Positions 51,501 to 60,615 of a stretch of DNA of 64,000 bases are shown here, piece after piece (position 1 is the stretch's first letter; every line of letters starts with the position of its first letter). Source of the stretch: Hyphomicrobiales bacterium (GTDB lineage Bacteria > Pseudomonadota > Alphaproteobacteria > Rhizobiales > CAJQND01). The DNA lies in contig CBDBFP010000002.1 in assembly GCA_965204985.1 (NCBI GenBank), positions 1,296,107-1,360,106 of the forward strand, given 5' to 3'. Below the pieces are notes generated by a model that saw nothing but the letters and a program-made list of their open reading frames with translations, was not told where the DNA came from and made no database searches. The translations under genes were made by a program, and so were the position numbers.

Positions 51501-52326
51501 CGCATTGGACGAAGAGGCCGCTGACAACCCAATCGCCGCCCGGATGCGGGACGACCAGAAGCAGTTTGTGGCAGATGGCCTGGAAGAGGCAGAGGCTGCG
51601 AAACGCGCAGGCTTCCGCGTCTTCGGCTCCAAACCGGGCGCCTATGGCGCTGGCCTCCAGGCGCTGATCGATGAAAAATTGTGGGACGCTCGCGCTGATC
51701 TGGCCGACAGCTATATCAATTGGGGCGGATATGCCTATGGCAGCGGCACGCAAGGGGCCGAACGCCACGACCTCTTCAAGCAGCGGCTGTCTGGGCTCGA
51801 AGCCGTTGTGCACAATCAGGACAACCGCGAGCACGATCTGCTCGACTCTGATGACTATTACCAGTTCGAGGGCGGCATGACGGCGGCCATCGAACACGTG
51901 CGTGGTGAACGGCCGAAAGTCTATCACAACGACCACTCGCGCCCTGAGCGTCCCGTGGTGCGCACGCTGGAAGAGGAGATTGGCCGCGTGGTCCGCTCCC
52001 GTGTGGTGAACCCGAAATGGGTCGCTGGTGTCATGCGTCACGGCTACAAAGGCGCATTCGAGATCGCTGCGACGGTGGACTACATGTTCGCCTTTGCCGC
52101 CACCACCGGCGCGGTGCGCGACCATCATTTCCAGCTGGCCTACGATGCCTTCATCGCGGACGAGAAGGTCCGTGACTTCATTGATGAGAACAACGCGCCG
52201 GCCCTGAAGGAACTCTCCGACCGCTTCCGCGAGGCGATTGACCGGGGGCTGTGGACGCCGCGCTCAAACTCAGCTTATCATCAGCTCAGCCAGCTCCTGG
52301 ACGAGACACTGGAGGAAACCGCATGA
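48580..52326 (+). CDS. cobN: cobaltochelatase large subunit CobN
   Basis: 1248 aa. CobN/Mg-chelatase H-type sequence throughout. Start overlaps the cobW stop. Confidence 0.95.
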   Translation: MHLLATQSGVIDDGSEAIDLGQSPGDVTVISAADSELAALARAHDALGNDGPSLRLANQMQLQHNMSVDVYLEQTLAGAKLVVLRLLGGKAYWSYGLEQTLEAARERGFRLAVLPGDGQPDPELIANSNLPEEQVVRLWRYLTEGGPRNISNFLGYCAHLLEGATEPDPPLPLLKSGLYWPGIETPSLDDLGKDWVEDAPVAAITFYRALIEGGNTAPVDALINAFRARRINALPIFVASLKDSVSAATIRELFAQATPSVILNATGFAVAAYNATDEGNPLSSVDCPVLQVVFSGSGRDAWEKNTQGLSARDLAMNVVLPELDGRVLTRAVSFKSNAERHAATECNLVTYAPEADRIAFTTSLAANWVRVNQAPAAERKVAIVLANYPNRDGRIGNGVGYDTPQSTVKLLQALAETGYEVSGSPSDGMALIELLLSGATNNPGDERSSEINLPLAQYLDHYAKLPATVRAEIEERWGTPQEDPFVRDGAFQLGIKLFGNIAVGIQPARGYNIDPKDTYHDPALVPPHGYLAFYMWLREVFGAHAVVHNGKHGNLEWLPGKALALSKECYPEAVLGPLPNIYPFIVNDPGEGTQAKRRTSAVIIDHLTPPLTRAETYGPLKDLEALIDEFYLASGLDQRRVDMLREHILDLTRSTGLDEDAGVKGLEDEEALQQIDNYICELKEAQIRDGLHILGESPVGRLQTDLLVALARVPRNLGEEGDASLIRALAKDLGFSGFDPLDCQMGEPWTLAKPAALANLTADTWRTKGDTVERLEMLAAGLVSGELDCEDSWSATREVMNAIRDDIRPALEACGPNETGSMLAALDGRFVRPGPSGAPTRGRLDVLPTGKNFYSVDNRTVPTPAAWTLGEKSAALLVERFLQDNGSWPKAMGLSAWGTSNMRTGGDDIALALALVGAKPRWDHSNWRVTGFEIIPLPKLGCPRVDVTLRVSGFFRDAFPSQIDLFDSAVRAIGALDEEAADNPIAARMRDDQKQFVADGLEEAEAAKRAGFRVFGSKPGAYGAGLQALIDEKLWDARADLADSYINWGGYAYGSGTQGAERHDLFKQRLSGLEAVVHNQDNREHDLLDSDDYYQFEGGMTAAIEHVRGERPKVYHNDHSRPERPVVRTLEEEIGRVVRSRVVNPKWVAGVMRHGYKGAFEIAATVDYMFAFAATTGAVRDHHFQLAYDAFIADEKVRDFIDENNAPALKELSDRFREAIDRGLWTPRSNSAYHQLSQLLDETLEETA

Positions 52327-52967
52327 CCGAAAGACGCGTAAAGAAAATCGACCTCATGACCGAGGAAGAACTGGATATCCGTCACGCGGAGAAGATGAAG
52401 AAGAAGAAGGAATCCCGCGATAAGATCGTGGCCTCCAAGCAGAAAGAAAAGGGCTTGCTGATCGTCCATACGGGCAAGGGCAAAGGCAAATCCACCGCCG
52501 CCTTCGGCCTCGCCTTCCGCGCCCTTGGCCGGGATTTCAAAATCGGCATCGTGCAGTTCGTCAAGGGCGCCTGGAGCACAGGTGAGCGCGCCATCCTGGA
52601 CAAGTTTCCCGATCAGGTGACGATCAAGGCCATGGGTGAAGGCTTCACATGGGAAACCCAGGACCGTCAGCGCGACATTGCCGCTGCGACAAAAGCCTGG
52701 GAAGAAGCCAGACGCATGATCGCCGATCCGGACCTGCAGATGGTCCTGCTGGACGAGCTCAATATCGTTTTGCGTTACGGCTATATCGATCTGAACGAAG
52801 TTGTCGAGATCCTGCAGGCAAAGCCCGAGATGAAACATGTCATCGTCACCGGCCGCAACGCCAAGAATGAGATCATCGAAATCGCCGACCTGGTCACCGA
52901 GATGACCCAGATCAAACATCCCTACAGGGACCAGGGCGTGAAGGCCCAGGTGGGGATTGAGTTCTAG
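52323..52967 (+). CDS. cobO: cob(I)yrinic acid a,c-diamide adenosyltransferase
   Basis: GLLIVHTGKGKGKSTAAFG P-loop and YRDQGVKAQVGIEF tail. The ATG overlaps the cobN stop (ATGA). Confidence 0.9.
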   Translation: MTERRVKKIDLMTEEELDIRHAEKMKKKKESRDKIVASKQKEKGLLIVHTGKGKGKSTAAFGLAFRALGRDFKIGIVQFVKGAWSTGERAILDKFPDQVTIKAMGEGFTWETQDRQRDIAAATKAWEEARRMIADPDLQMVLLDELNIVLRYGYIDLNEVVEILQAKPEMKHVIVTGRNAKNEIIEIADLVTEMTQIKHPYRDQGVKAQVGIEF

Positions 52968-52981
52968 AACTCCGGGAACCG

Positions 52982-54121
52982 ATGGCAGAGAAACCCTTAT
53001 CCATTGCCGATCCTGAACGCTTCGACCCTGATAGCGCCGAAACATCCTGGACCCTTCCTGCAGCCTGGTACACAGATGCGGAGATCTTTGACCGGGAACG
53101 GCAAGCCATCTTCCACCGGACTTGGATCTACCAATGCTCCGCGCGGGAATTGGCGAAGCCCGGCGATTTCTATTGTGGCGCCATTGCCGGTCAGGACATC
53201 GTCATAATGCGCGGTGGCGATGGTGTTCTTCGCGCCTTTTACAATGTGTGCAGCCACCGTGCGCATCCGCTGCTGGAAGGGCAGGGCAACTGCAACCTGA
53301 TCGTCTGCCCTTATCATCAGTGGTGTTACCGGACCGACGGCTCATTCCGGGGCGCCCGCGGAAAAGAGGCTCTGCACGACTGGATTCCTGAGAATGCGGA
53401 CCTGAAGCCCGTACGCCTTGAAGAATATGGAGGCATGCTGTTCGTTAATCTCGATCCGGATGCAGCCCCGCTCGCAGCGCAAGCCGGAAAGTTTCTGAGC
53501 GACATGCACGCAGCCTGTCCGAAGCTCGACGAAGTTACGCGCGTCAAGAGGCTGGATCGGACCGTGAACGCGAACTGGAAGACCGTCGTTGACAACAACC
53601 ACGAATGTTACCACTGCGCGGTCAACCATCCGGAGCTCATGGACCTGGTCGATTATCGCAGCCGTGCGATCTGGTCTGATGACGGCGTCACGTTCTCTCA
53701 CGGCGTTACAGGCGACAGCAGGGTCAGGAAGGCCGCCTACATGCTTACCGAGGCCGAAGCTGAGCAAGCCTCACTGTTCGGCTATATCTGGCCAACCACC
53801 ATCCCCTTATTCTTCCCGGGGCCTGCCAGTCTGGTCGTGTTTCAGGTCAACCCCCTGGGACCCGAACTCAGCAATGTGCGCCACGATTTCTATTTCGCGT
53901 GCGGGAAGCCGGACGAGCAGGAACAGGCGCTGATCGACTGGATCGACACGGTTCTCGTGCCTGAGGATATGATCCTCTGCGAAAACGTGCAGCGGGGATT
54001 GAATTCGAAAGGCTATACGCAAGGCAAGTTCGTCGTGAACCGTGAAGATTGCTCCTACTCGGAACACCACGTCCACTTCTTCCAGCACCTGGTTCACGAT
54101 GCGGTTATGGGGGATGGGTGA
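52982..54121 (+). CDS. Rieske [2Fe-2S] non-heme-iron oxygenase, alpha-subunit type
   Basis: CSHRAHPL...CPYHQWCY Rieske motif and NNHECYHCAVNHPE mononuclear-iron motif. Lies 14 bp after cobO. Confidence 0.85.
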   Translation: MAEKPLSIADPERFDPDSAETSWTLPAAWYTDAEIFDRERQAIFHRTWIYQCSARELAKPGDFYCGAIAGQDIVIMRGGDGVLRAFYNVCSHRAHPLLEGQGNCNLIVCPYHQWCYRTDGSFRGARGKEALHDWIPENADLKPVRLEEYGGMLFVNLDPDAAPLAAQAGKFLSDMHAACPKLDEVTRVKRLDRTVNANWKTVVDNNHECYHCAVNHPELMDLVDYRSRAIWSDDGVTFSHGVTGDSRVRKAAYMLTEAEAEQASLFGYIWPTTIPLFFPGPASLVVFQVNPLGPELSNVRHDFYFACGKPDEQEQALIDWIDTVLVPEDMILCENVQRGLNSKGYTQGKFVVNREDCSYSEHHVHFFQHLVHDAVMGDG

Positions 54122-54164
54122 TTCTCAATTTGAAGGGCAAATGAAGACGTATTCAAGAGTGTTT

Positions 54165-54625
54165 CATGTGTAATGGCCCTCATATCCGGCTTCTTTGAAT
54201 CAGTTTCTGCATTCTTTGGCTGGGAACAGTTATCATATTTGTCCGGGAGATTTACAGAGAGCATCATGGGTTCGGGCAGCGGCCTTTGCGAGGTGTGCCT
54301 TGATTTTCGAGAACGCCATTTCAATGGGGTTAAGATTTGGGGAACAAGGCGGCAGGAACAGGATCCAGGCTCCTTGTTCGCGTATGCCTTGCTCGGCCCG
54401 GGGGCTTTTGTGGAAGGTCACATTGTCCAGGATCACGATGTCGCCCTTGCGCAATGCAGGGACAGCCGGGTTTGAACCCGGACATTGAAGATGTCCCGAC
54501 GATCCATGGCGCGTCCGGTTTGTGTGAGCGCGGGGCGGCGATAAAGGTCTTGTGTTTTCCAACGGCCGAAGGGAGCGTGGCCATATGCCCACAGGTGCCC
54601 TGCGGGTGCGTTTGCTGAGCCTGGT
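54165..54625 (-). mobile_element. IS630-family transposase C-terminal (DDE) remnant, frameshifted
   Basis: GDIVILDNVTFHKSPRAEQGIREQGAWILFLPPCSPNLNPIEMAFSKIKAHLAKAAART. Confidence 0.7.
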
Positions 54626-54626
54626 G

Positions 54627-54865
54627 CTGGTGGAGGCTTTCAAAAAAACGTCCCCCAAAGCCTTGCCTCCCCTTTGACCCACGGTCCGGCAGACAAGCCG
54701 ACCGAGGTCCGGGTTCAGGACGAAGCCCGCATCGGCCAGAAGACCGTCCGCATCCGGGCGCGCAAGGGAACGAGACCGCGATGGTCGGCCGGTCAGCGTT
54801 ACAAATCGGCCTGCCTGTTCGGCGCGGTGTGCGCAGACAGGGAGACCGGATCGACCGGCGGCGTT
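54627..54865 (+). mobile_element. IS630-family internal fragment (same type as 21455 and 42760)
   Basis: DNA nearly identical to 43300-43500. Translation QDEARIGQKTVRIRARKGTRPRWSAGQRYKSACLFGAVCADRETG. Confidence 0.7.
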
Positions 54866-54887
54866 TAAATCGGCCGTACAGGTCAGC

Positions 54888-55697
54888 TCAGGATATTCGA
54901 TATCGCTGCCGACATTCCCTCAGCGCATCTTGTATAGTAACGGCTCCCAAAGTCTCTGCCATGGTTTCAAGCCTTGTTAAGAGATCATTATTGATTGTGA
55001 AGTCGCCCCAAGGCAGATAGAGGGACTTTGCGCACGCTTGGTGAATTGCAATTTTGTTTTCTTTGTTATATCTGTTATATCTGAAGCTGAAAATCGAAGG
55101 CTTAAACTGATCGGGGGCCTGATTCCGGTAATTTTCCGGGATTTGATCATACAAAAACTTTGCTCCTGTCTGTTCATGGGACTCTGAAGTCATATAAAGC
55201 GATGGATCATGGTGCACAAATACACAATTATCTGACGCTATTGTCAGTGCAAATATAGTATCAACTGTTGGCCAGGGGTGTGCATGATCTGCATCAATAA
55301 ATACCACTTCGAACTTTGGACCAGACTGAAATTTCTTGATTCTGCCATATAATCTTGTGCCAACCCGCAAGTCTATCCTGCTTCGATCTTCAGACGATAG
55401 CAAGTCTGTATCCAGCAGGTATCCGACTGCTTTTGTTCTATCGGCATACCAATGAATATCGGTATCGATTGCAACAATATTGGTCGCGAACGTGCTGGAA
55501 ACTGCGGCCGCCGCCAGTGCAGAAGCGCCTGAGGCGACTCCGATTTCCAAGTAGTTCTTGGGGGCGGCATCAAGGATGGTTTGAGCCAGGAAACGTGCGT
55601 CGTCGCGATTCACAGTACCAGGAACCTTCCCGAACCCGATCTCGTCGAAAATTTTGTTGATCTTGTTATGTTCGACATCGGGAAGCCTAATATCCAT
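54888..55697 (-). CDS. class-I SAM-dependent methyltransferase (Methyltransf_24-like), AT-rich orphan
   Basis: NYLEIGVASGASALAAA (motif I) and VVFIDADHAHPWPTVD. Flanked on both sides by IS debris. Confidence 0.6.
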   Translation of the reverse strand: MDIRLPDVEHNKINKIFDEIGFGKVPGTVNRDDARFLAQTILDAAPKNYLEIGVASGASALAAAAVSSTFATNIVAIDTDIHWYADRTKAVGYLLDTDLLSSEDRSRIDLRVGTRLYGRIKKFQSGPKFEVVFIDADHAHPWPTVDTIFALTIASDNCVFVHHDPSLYMTSESHEQTGAKFLYDQIPENYRNQAPDQFKPSIFSFRYNRYNKENKIAIHQACAKSLYLPWGDFTINNDLLTRLETMAETLGAVTIQDALRECRQRYRIS

Positions 55698-55788
55698 ACC
55701 AAGGCGGTCCTTGTGTGAATTGTGAATGCACAGATTCGCTAAGTTGTACCTAGTATAGCAAGGCTCCCCCCTCCCTGCAAGTCATAAA

Positions 55789-56330
55789 TCATTGGAAATC
55801 TGAAGCTTTTTTGTGTGAGATGATGCAGAAGTTATCGGTGACGTGTTCGTGCATCACCTTCCAAAGCCGCTCGATGGGGTTAAGATGCGGGCAATAGGGT
55901 GGCCGTTGGATCAGGTTGATGCGGCACTCAGGGCGGCCTGAGGAAAGCTCGCACATCCGGGCCGCGGTGACAGGCGGCATTGTCCCGGATCACGTGGATC
56001 GCGCGTTTGCTTTTATTACGCGCCTCAATCCCGGTTAACAGCTGCACCGCGCTGGTGCCATCCATTGTGGCGGGGCTCCACGAAAGGACAGTCAAACCTC
56101 TCAAGGTTAATCGCCCCGCGGATATTGACACGGCCCCGGCTTGATGTGGTCTTGAGCGCTGTTTTCATCCCCTTTTTCACCCTGCCATGGGCGGGGTCGG
56201 CCACATGCGGCACCGCCCTGGGCTTAACGAGACATTCCGGGCCCAACCAGCACACCAAACTGGCGAAGCCTGGTGACAATCTCTTCGGGTTTGTGATGCT
56301 TCGTAGCCATTCTCAGTCCTCCTGTTTCCC
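55789..56330 (-). mobile_element. composite IS debris: IS3-type orfA start fused to IS630-type transposase pieces
   Basis: MATKHHKPEEIVTRLRQFGVLVG, then RGRVNIRGAINLE, AIHVIRDNAACHRG and PPYCPHLNPIERLWKVMHEHVT, in different frames. Confidence 0.65.
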
Positions 56331-56422
56331 AATCACAGGATGGACCAATTCAAAGGGGGAGGATCAAACGCTCTCTTTGAAAGCAATGCTTTTGTATGGA
56401 AGTCAGGATGAGCAGCCGCAGG

Positions 56423-57982
56423 CTATCCCGTCTCTTCGAAGATCTCGGCCTTCGCCGTCCGCTGCCGTCTTACCATGAGCTTGTTCAGCGCGGCGACATA
56501 AGCCTTTGCACTCGCCACCATCGTGTCGGTGTCCGCGCCGCGGCCTGTGACGGTCTGGCCGTCTTCTTCCAGTTTCACGCTGACCTCGGCCTGGGCGTCC
56601 GTGCCCGCCGTCACCGCGTTCACGTTGTAGAGTTTCAGCCTGGCGTCGTGCTCCACCATGGCCTTGATGGCGTTGAAGGTGGCGTCGACGGGGCCGTCGC
56701 CGGTGGCTTCCTTGGTGTGGTGCTGGCCATCAATGCTCAGCGTCATCGTGGCCTTCTGGGGGCCACCTGTGCCGGCGATCACTGTGAGGGCGACCACCTG
56801 GATGCCGTCCTTGGCGTGGGCGCGCTGGTCGTCCACCAAGGCTTCGATGTCCTCGTCATAGACATGCTTCTTCTTGTCGGCCAGATCCTTGAAGCGCACA
56901 AAGGCGTCCTGGAACTCGTTGTCGCCCAGATCGTAACCCAGATCCTTCAGCTTCTCCTTGAAGGCATGGCGGCCGGAATGTTTGCCCATCACCAGGGACG
57001 TCTCCTTCACGCCGACGCTTTCCGGCGTCATGATCTCGAAGGTGTCGGCGCTCTTCAGCATGCCGTCCTGGTGGATGCCGCTCTCGTGGGCAAAGGCGTT
57101 CTGGCCGACGATGGCCTTGTTGAACTGCACCGGGAAACCGGAGGCCGTGGCCACCATGCGGGAGACTTTCATCAGCTGGGTGGTGTCCACATTCGTGTAG
57201 TAGGGCAGCTTGTCGCCGCGGGTGTTGATCGCCATGACGACCTCTTCCAGTGCTGCGTTGCCGGCCCGTTCGCCCAGACCGTTGATCGTGCACTCGATCT
57301 GCCGGGCACCGGCATCCAGACCAGCCAATGAATTGGCAACCGCCAGCCCCAGATCGTTGTGGCAATGGGTGGAGAAGCGGGCCTTGTCACTGTCCGGCAC
57401 GTTATCGCGCACATGGCGGAACATCTCGTAATACTCGTCTGCCACGTTGTAGCCGACCGTGTCCGGCAGGTTGATGGTGGTGGCACCGGATTTGATCGCC
57501 ACGTCGACGCATTTCGACAGGTATTCATGGCCGGTGCGGGTCGCGTCCATTGCGGACCATTCCACATCGTCGCAGAGATTGCGGGCTTGCGTGACCGTGG
57601 CGGCGATGATCTCCAGCACGTCCTCTTCACTCTTGCCCATTTGGAATTCCAGATGGATGGGGGAGGTGGAGACGAAGGTATGAATGCGCGGCTTGGCGGC
57701 GTGTTTGACCGCGTCTCCCGCCCGGGCGATGTCGCCGGGAATGGCCCGGGCCAAGCCAGCGACGATGGAGTTCTTGCAGACCTTGGCGATCTCGCTCACG
57801 GCCTCGAAATCGCCTTCCGAGGCAATCGGGAACCCGGCCTCGATGATGTCGACGCCCATGGCGTCCAGCGTCAGGGCGATCTCCATCTTCTCGTCGAACG
57901 ACATGGTGGCGCCAGGGCTCTGCTCGCCGTCGCGCAAGGTGGTATCGAAGATGACCACGTGGTCTTTGTTGTCGGTGCTCAT
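56423..57982 (-). CDS. leuA: 2-isopropylmalate synthase
   Basis: VIFDTTLRDGEQSPG, HCHNDLGLAVANSLAG and a C-terminal LeuA dimerisation/regulatory domain. 519 aa. Confidence 0.95.
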   Translation of the reverse strand: MSTDNKDHVVIFDTTLRDGEQSPGATMSFDEKMEIALTLDAMGVDIIEAGFPIASEGDFEAVSEIAKVCKNSIVAGLARAIPGDIARAGDAVKHAAKPRIHTFVSTSPIHLEFQMGKSEEDVLEIIAATVTQARNLCDDVEWSAMDATRTGHEYLSKCVDVAIKSGATTINLPDTVGYNVADEYYEMFRHVRDNVPDSDKARFSTHCHNDLGLAVANSLAGLDAGARQIECTINGLGERAGNAALEEVVMAINTRGDKLPYYTNVDTTQLMKVSRMVATASGFPVQFNKAIVGQNAFAHESGIHQDGMLKSADTFEIMTPESVGVKETSLVMGKHSGRHAFKEKLKDLGYDLGDNEFQDAFVRFKDLADKKKHVYDEDIEALVDDQRAHAKDGIQVVALTVIAGTGGPQKATMTLSIDGQHHTKEATGDGPVDATFNAIKAMVEHDARLKLYNVNAVTAGTDAQAEVSVKLEEDGQTVTGRGADTDTMVASAKAYVAALNKLMVRRQRTAKAEIFEETG

Positions 57983-58097
57983 TTGTGATGTTCCTTATCC
58001 CGGATGCCACGCGCGCTTTTGCGGTGGCAGAAAACTGTCTGTTCATTCTGATTGTAATCCCCTGAACACCCGGACCGCGAAAGCGTCCAGCCGATGC

Positions 58098-58208
58098 TCA
58101 GGGGCTGATAAGAAGAAGGCCGGGCAGGCCAAGAGTGAGGAGGCCAGGCAAAGCAACCGCAATCCGGGCGGTCAAGTCTTGTGTTTCTGCTTTCGCTCTG
58201 GAGGGCAT
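58098..58208 (-). promoter_or_regulatory. candidate Leu-rich leader peptide ORF upstream of leuA
   Basis: 36 codons: MPSRAKAETQDLTARIAVALPGLLTLGLPGLLLISP*. It has 9 Leu, with LLL near the end. A long hairpin follows (CCCCTGA...TCAGGGG). No clear U-tract was seen. Confidence 0.4.
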
Positions 58209-58261
58209 CTGAATGTCAACCCGTTCCTTTCAACGTCGATGAGAACTGTTTAATGCGATCA

Positions 58262-58420
58262 GGCCCGTTTGGCAACATCTGAGATCATATCTTCATATCT
58301 GACAAATCCCCCGGCTTTTCTGACTTCGTCCAGCACGGTGAGCCTCTTGTCGCTGCGGCCATTGCCCAGCTTGTCGTGGACGACGCCGACACTCCATATG
58401 TGGCCGGGGCCCCCGGGGCC
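58262..58420 (-). mobile_element. transposase (rve core N-side) fragment
   Basis: GHIWSVGVVHDKLGNGRSDKRLTVLDEVRKAG resembles the W..DFV.D....GR..+.LTV+DEF segment of IS3/IS481-type integrase cores. Confidence 0.4.
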
Positions 58421-58494
58421 CCGGAGGCTCAGACGAATGAGTGAGCTGTCCTTGTGATGGAGACGCTTGCGCGTCTTGTGGTGCAGGGGAAGCT

Positions 58495-58713
58495 GCTCTC
58501 CCTCTTCGCGCCAGAGGCGGTGTTCATATCAAGGGCCTTGGAAGGCTTTGGGGGGTGGCAAAGGGGCGTCTGTCAAAGGTCAGGGGTGTGCCAGACCATA
58601 CCGTTCATCTGCCGTTGCAAGAAACTGAATGGAGAGACAATAACAGGCATTCCAACAGATACAAGTTACGGCTAACTGACCTCAGACAAAATCCCCTCAG
58701 CCAGGCATGAGCC
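58495..58713 (+). mobile_element. IS1595-family 3' remnant with right inverted repeat
   Basis: HIKGLGRLWG..., VPDHTVHLPLQETEWRDNNRHSNRYKL. The terminal AAAATCCCCTCAGCCAGGCATGAGCC is the inverted counterpart of 12897-12921. Confidence 0.7.
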
Positions 58714-59155
58714 TGTCGTCTTTGAAATGCACGGATTGTTGCGCCAAGCGACAATGGGTCAAATCCATGCGTCCGCCGATGTTCCAGGGTCTTCAAGACG
58801 GCAATGCTGGATGTTTCTTCGCCCTGCATCAACCTGCCGGTTTTCAGCTGTACGTTGCTTCATTGAGCCCCAAATAGAACGCAAATCTGTTCAATCCACC
58901 ATCGCCCCCACGGCCATGGTCAATGCGTTCCGCCCGCAGGAATTCACGTAGGCAATTCGTGTGTCATCTTGCATCGGAACGACCGTAGAGGGCCTTGATC
59001 GGCTACATCAGTCAACCAACGCATGCAAAAAACAGCCTCAGGGCGAACCTATAGGCGGGAACCAGCCCAATGGTGCCGCAAATGCCCCGACTGTACTCCA
59101 GATAACAAGCTAAAAGGACCGGACACGGAATGAGCCTCAGGAGAAGAACGTAAAC

Positions 59156-60298
59156 GTGGCGAATTCAAATACTGGTCAGGCCGGATTCGGCACGCAAATC
59201 AGACGGTCCCCCTACTTTGAGGCAACCTTGCGCTGGGGTGCCAAAGGATTTTCCGTCTATAATCACATGTACATCCCGCGCGACTTTGGCGATCCGGTGC
59301 AGAATTTCTGGAACCTGGTGAACGATGCCATCCTGTGCGACGTAGGTGTGGAGCGTCAGGTGGAAATCACCGGGCCGGATGCTGCGCGTTTCACCCAGTT
59401 GTTGACACCCCGCGATCTGTCCAGGTGCGCCGTCGGACAATGCAAGTACGTGCTGATCACCGATGAGAATGGCGGCATCCTGAACGACCCGGTGCTTCTT
59501 CGTCTGGGCGAGAACCATTTCTGGCTTTCCCTGGCGGACAGCGATGTCTTGTTTTGGGCCAAGGGAGTGGCCGTGCATTCCGGCATGGATGTAAAGCTCT
59601 CCGAGCCTGACGTTTCCCCTCTTCAGCTCCAGGGCCCAAAATCGGGCGAGATCATGAAGGCACTCTTCGGGGATGAGATTGGCGATCTGAAATATTTCTG
59701 GTTCCGGGAACTGGATCTGGACGGCATTCCGCTTGTGGTCTCGCGCACCGGCTGGTCGAGCGAGCTTGGTTATGAATTGTTCCTTCGTGACGGTTCGCGC
59801 GGAGATGAACTCTGGGAACGCACCATGGAGGCTGGCGGCCCCCTCGGCCTGCGGCCCGGCCACACCTCCACTATTCGCCGCATCGAAGGTGGGATGCTGT
59901 CGTATCATGCGGATATGGACATCAACACCAACCCATTCGAGCTGGGGCTCGACCGGTTGGTGGACCTGGATGTTGAATGTGTGAGCCAGAAAGCTCTGAC
60001 AAGGATCAAGGAGCAGGGCGTGGCACGGAAGCAGATTGGCGTGGAGATTGACGGCTCTCCTCTGCCCGGTCCGAATACGGAACACTGGCCAGTGATGAAC
60101 GGCAGCGAGATTGTGGGACAGGTCACGTCCGCGGTCTACTCTCCGCGGCTGGAGAAGAACATTGGATTGGCTATGCTTGAGACCTCTGTCGGCCAAGCCA
60201 ATCTGACGGTTGCAGCGGGCACTCCGGACGCGTTGCGCAAACTGTCTGTGGTTCCGAAGCCCTTCTTTGACCCCGACAAAAAGCTGGCCGCCGCCTGA
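59156..60298 (+). CDS. GcvT-family aminomethyltransferase, DmdA-like (THF-dependent demethylase)
   Basis: IRRSPYFEAT, GFSVYNHMYIP, CDVGVERQVEITGPDAARF, ILNDPVLLRLGENHFWLSLADSD and EPDVSPLQLQGPKS. GTG start. Substrate cannot be read from the sequence. Confidence 0.7.
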   Translation: MANSNTGQAGFGTQIRRSPYFEATLRWGAKGFSVYNHMYIPRDFGDPVQNFWNLVNDAILCDVGVERQVEITGPDAARFTQLLTPRDLSRCAVGQCKYVLITDENGGILNDPVLLRLGENHFWLSLADSDVLFWAKGVAVHSGMDVKLSEPDVSPLQLQGPKSGEIMKALFGDEIGDLKYFWFRELDLDGIPLVVSRTGWSSELGYELFLRDGSRGDELWERTMEAGGPLGLRPGHTSTIRRIEGGMLSYHADMDINTNPFELGLDRLVDLDVECVSQKALTRIKEQGVARKQIGVEIDGSPLPGPNTEHWPVMNGSEIVGQVTSAVYSPRLEKNIGLAMLETSVGQANLTVAAGTPDALRKLSVVPKPFFDPDKKLAAA

Positions 60299-60615
60299 GA
60301 GTTCTGGTTCGCGTGCGCGATTGCGTCCTTCATGCGGATCACCTGCACTTCAATCCCGGCTTCCGGGGCACAAGCAAAGCCGGGCATGATGCCCGGACGA
60401 ACGCGTGACTCATCGCAGCAGATGGAACCCGGCGGGCAATCGATGGCTGCGTTGCAGATGGAATTGGCCACATCCATCTCGCTGTGCAAATTGTCTTGCA
60501 ACCATCCAATGAGCTGCATATCAGCCCGGCAGGGTTCGAGTTCGACCATATCATCCGTGTGCCGCTCAGGTGCGTCAATCAACACATCGCGGCGCTTCCG
60601 GTACAAGCTCCACAT
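60136..60615 (-). CDS. hypothetical Cys-rich ORF, 3' end overlapping the aminomethyltransferase gene
   Basis: ORF only. Contains CNAAIDCPPGSICCDESRV...FACAPEAG. 163-bp convergent overlap with 59156-60298, so the true end is doubtful. Confidence 0.3.
   Translation of the reverse strand: MWSLYRKRRDVLIDAPERHTDDMVELEPCRADMQLIGWLQDNLHSEMDVANSICNAAIDCPPGSICCDESRVRPGIMPGFACAPEAGIEVQVIRMKDAIAHANQNSQAAASFLSGSKKGFGTTDSLRNASGVPAATVRLAWPTEVSSIANPMFFSSRGE

Noticed and set aside
51085-52128. 347-aa minus-strand ORF (and several others inside 48580-52326)
   Set aside because: All lie antisense within cobN, whose 1248-aa reading frame is unambiguous.
56396-57331. 311-aa plus-strand ORF
   Set aside because: It is antisense to leuA, with repetitive G/V/H/L/D-rich composition typical of shadow ORFs in GC-rich DNA. 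leuA on the other strand has all its family motifs.
58727-58951. ORFs between the IS1595 remnant and the demethylase gene, including an HTH-like piece LNRFAFYLGLNEATYS
   Set aside because: The pieces are short, lie in several frames and have no start or motif that I can defend. This is probably more gene debris.
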